From Methanothrix sp. (GTDB taxonomy: Archaea > Halobacteriota > Methanosarcinia > Methanotrichales > Methanotrichaceae), in the NCBI GenBank assembly GCA_963682135.1, contig OY821645.1:2944001-3008000 (forward strand): a stretch of 64,000 bases of DNA, read 5' to 3'. Positions 61,934-64,000 of the stretch are shown in pieces (the first letter of the stretch is position 1; each line of letters starts with the position of its first letter). Both the position numbers and the translations under genes were made by a program. Under the pieces are notes generated by a model, which saw nothing but the letters and a program-made list of their open reading frames with translations, made no database searches and was not told where the DNA came from.

Positions 61934-64000
61934 ATGCAAGGCGCTAAAGACAAATTTCCCCATCTTCCCGAAAGGATCTCTGGATTGCGAGAGCTGGCCT
62001 ATAACCTCTGGTGGAGCTGGCACCCGGAAGGCCGGGCTCTCTTCAAGCTCCTCAACCGCCGGGGATGGTATCTGAGCAACCACAACCCCGTAAAGATGAT
62101 CAACCGCATGGATGGCGTCGCTCTGGAGGCCGCGGCATCCGACCCGCACTTTCTGAGGCACTATGAAGCCGTCATGATCCGGTTCAACAGCTACATGGAC
62201 CCATCCTCAGGATGGTTCTGCAGTCGTGTCGATCAGCCGGATAAGTGCAAGATCGCCTACTTCTCAGCCGAGTACGGCCTTCACCACGCCCTTCCCTTCT
62301 ATGCAGGCGGCCTGGGCTTTTTGGCAGGAGACTTTCTCAAGGAGTGCAGCGACCTGGGGCTGCCTCTTGTGGCTGTAGGGTTCATGTATCCACAAGGATA
62401 TCTCCGCCAGATGATCTCGCCGGACGGCTGGCAGATGGGAGCCTGCGAGATGATGGATAGGGAGAATGCACCTATTAGAAAGATGGAAGATGCTAATGGC
62501 GATCCGATCAACATCAAAGTGCCGATCATGGACCCACCCATCTATTTAGAGGTCTGGATGGTTCAGGTGGGAAAGACCAGCCTTTACTTGATAGATACCT
62601 CCAGCGAGGCCAACGATCCCTGGAATCGGGTCATATCCGACCGGCTTTATACCGGTGATCTGGAGCAGCGCCTGCGCCAGGAGATAGTCCTGGGCATAGG
62701 GGGTGTGCGCGTCTTGCGTCATCTGGGTGTGGACTATTCCGTTCTTCACTGCAACGAGGGCCATCCTGCTTTTGCCATCCTGGAGAGAATTCGGGAGAAG
62801 GTAGAGGAAGGAACGAGCTATGCAGATGCTTTCGAGCAGGTCCGGAGTACCACGGTCTTCACTACCCACACGCCTGTTCCTGCCGGCCATGATGTCTTTT
62901 CCTTTAAATTAATGGACAAGTACTTCGGCTCATACCTTCCCACACTTGATCTCTCTCGAGATGAGCTATTTCGCCTGGGAATGAATCCGGCCAAACCGGA
63001 AGGCTTTAACATGACTGCTTTTGCCCTGCGCTGCAGTGCTTTTAGAAATGCGGTGAGCAAGAAGCATGGAGAAGTCAGCCGGGATATGTGGCAGCAGCTT
63101 TGGCCGGATCTCGAGGTGGACAGAGTTCCCATTGAGCACATCACCAATGGGGTGCATGTTCCTACCTGGATTGACCGGCGTCTGGGTGATGAAATATTAA
63201 ACCGCTACCTTGGACGAACTTGGTTGGAGGAGCACGACCAGCCGGCTATCTGGCAATTAGTCGATGAGATACCGGACAACGTTATCTGGGAGCATCATCG
63301 TTTCATGAAAGAGATGGCAATTGCCAAGATAAGAGAAAGGGCCCGCAACAAATGGCGCAAATCCGGTTCAGACTTCAACAATGTCATGGCCTCAGGGGTG
63401 CTGCTCGATCCGGCTGCTCTCACCCTGGGCTTTGCCAGGCGCTTCGCCTCCTACAAACGGCCCACCCTCCTCATGCAGGATATGGCCCGTCTGGCTAGAA
63501 TCGTAGGCGATCCCAGCAGGCCGGTGCAAATCATCTTTGCCGGCAAAGCTCATCAGGATGATCAACAGAGCAAGCAGCTCCTGCAAATGGTCTTCAATGC
63601 CGCCAAGGACCAGTCCTTCGGAGGGCGCATCGCCTTTGTAGAGGATTACGATGAGCTCCTGGCGCAGTATCTGGTGCATGGCGTTGATGTCTGGGTCAAC
63701 AATCCTCTGCCGCCCATGGAAGCGAGCGGAACGAGCGGCATGAAAGCCACCTTGAACGGCGTGCCTCAGCTTTCCATCCTGGACGGATGGTGGATCGAAG
63801 GCTACAATGGAAAGAACGGCTGGGCTGTGGAGGGCGCAGGAGAGGGGCCCGACAGAGACGCACGCGACGCAGCGGCCATCTACGATCTGCTGGAAAAGGA
63901 TATTGTGCCGCTGTTCTACGATGTGGACGAGGATGGTGTCTCACACGGCTGGGCGGCTGTCATGAAGGAGGCCATCAAGATGGCCGGGCAGGGCTTTTCC
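61934..64000 (+). CDS. glgP: Alpha-glucan (glycogen) phosphorylase, runs off the window
   Basis: MQGAKDKF..LAYNLWWSW, AYFSAEYGL..YAGGLG.LAGD, NEGHPAF, FARRFASYKR, EASGTSGMK; absent from the ORF track because there is no stop in the window. Confidence 0.95.
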   Translation, partial: MQGAKDKFPHLPERISGLRELAYNLWWSWHPEGRALFKLLNRRGWYLSNHNPVKMINRMDGVALEAAASDPHFLRHYEAVMIRFNSYMDPSSGWFCSRVDQPDKCKIAYFSAEYGLHHALPFYAGGLGFLAGDFLKECSDLGLPLVAVGFMYPQGYLRQMISPDGWQMGACEMMDRENAPIRKMEDANGDPINIKVPIMDPPIYLEVWMVQVGKTSLYLIDTSSEANDPWNRVISDRLYTGDLEQRLRQEIVLGIGGVRVLRHLGVDYSVLHCNEGHPAFAILERIREKVEEGTSYADAFEQVRSTTVFTTHTPVPAGHDVFSFKLMDKYFGSYLPTLDLSRDELFRLGMNPAKPEGFNMTAFALRCSAFRNAVSKKHGEVSRDMWQQLWPDLEVDRVPIEHITNGVHVPTWIDRRLGDEILNRYLGRTWLEEHDQPAIWQLVDEIPDNVIWEHHRFMKEMAIAKIRERARNKWRKSGSDFNNVMASGVLLDPAALTLGFARRFASYKRPTLLMQDMARLARIVGDPSRPVQIIFAGKAHQDDQQSKQLLQMVFNAAKDQSFGGRIAFVEDYDELLAQYLVHGVDVWVNNPLPPMEASGTSGMKATLNGVPQLSILDGWWIEGYNGKNGWAVEGAGEGPDRDARDAAAIYDLLEKDIVPLFYDVDEDGVSHGWAAVMKEAIKMAGQGFS

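Overview
Chromosomal window from an acetoclastic methanogen of the genus Methanothrix (Methanosaeta). The 16S rRNA gene carries the Methanosaetaceae MX825 probe target GCTAGGTGTCGGCCACGGTGCGA, and SepCysS, Alba, NAC and LonB are archaeal markers. In order: the 3' part of an IS605/IS1341-type tnpB element; an acetyl-CoA hydrolase/transferase-GNAT fusion; an eroded type I-G-like CRISPR locus (Cas6-like half of Csb2, a 38-codon cas1 C-terminal remnant, cas2, leader, 12 repeats and 11 long spacers); small Cys-rich and HTH genes; a gas-vesicle cluster with six tandem gvpA copies and a divergent regulatory operon (response regulator, histidine kinase, Cys-rich DUF835, PadR/GvpE-like, KaiC/GvpD-like); ogg, uvrB and a MATE transporter; an ABC-type ATPase + frameshifted PIN pair; RNase P RNA; housekeeping genes; an HSR1-like regulator-cdc48-lonB-tldD cluster; a complete rRNA operon (16S, tRNA-Ala, 23S, tRNA-like element, 5S); a two-gene unit made of a small protein and a CHAT protease-STAND NTPase-TPR protein with 7 near-identical 120-bp repeats; a hicA remnant abutting an IS110 element; a second cdc48; and the start of a glucan phosphorylase. 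Best novelty candidates: the NLR-like CHAT-STAND-TPR unit, the gas-vesicle signalling module and GvpC-like protein, the orphan CRISPR array with antisense-biased long spacers, and the ATPase-PIN pair. All family calls come from motif recognition by eye; no database searches were run.
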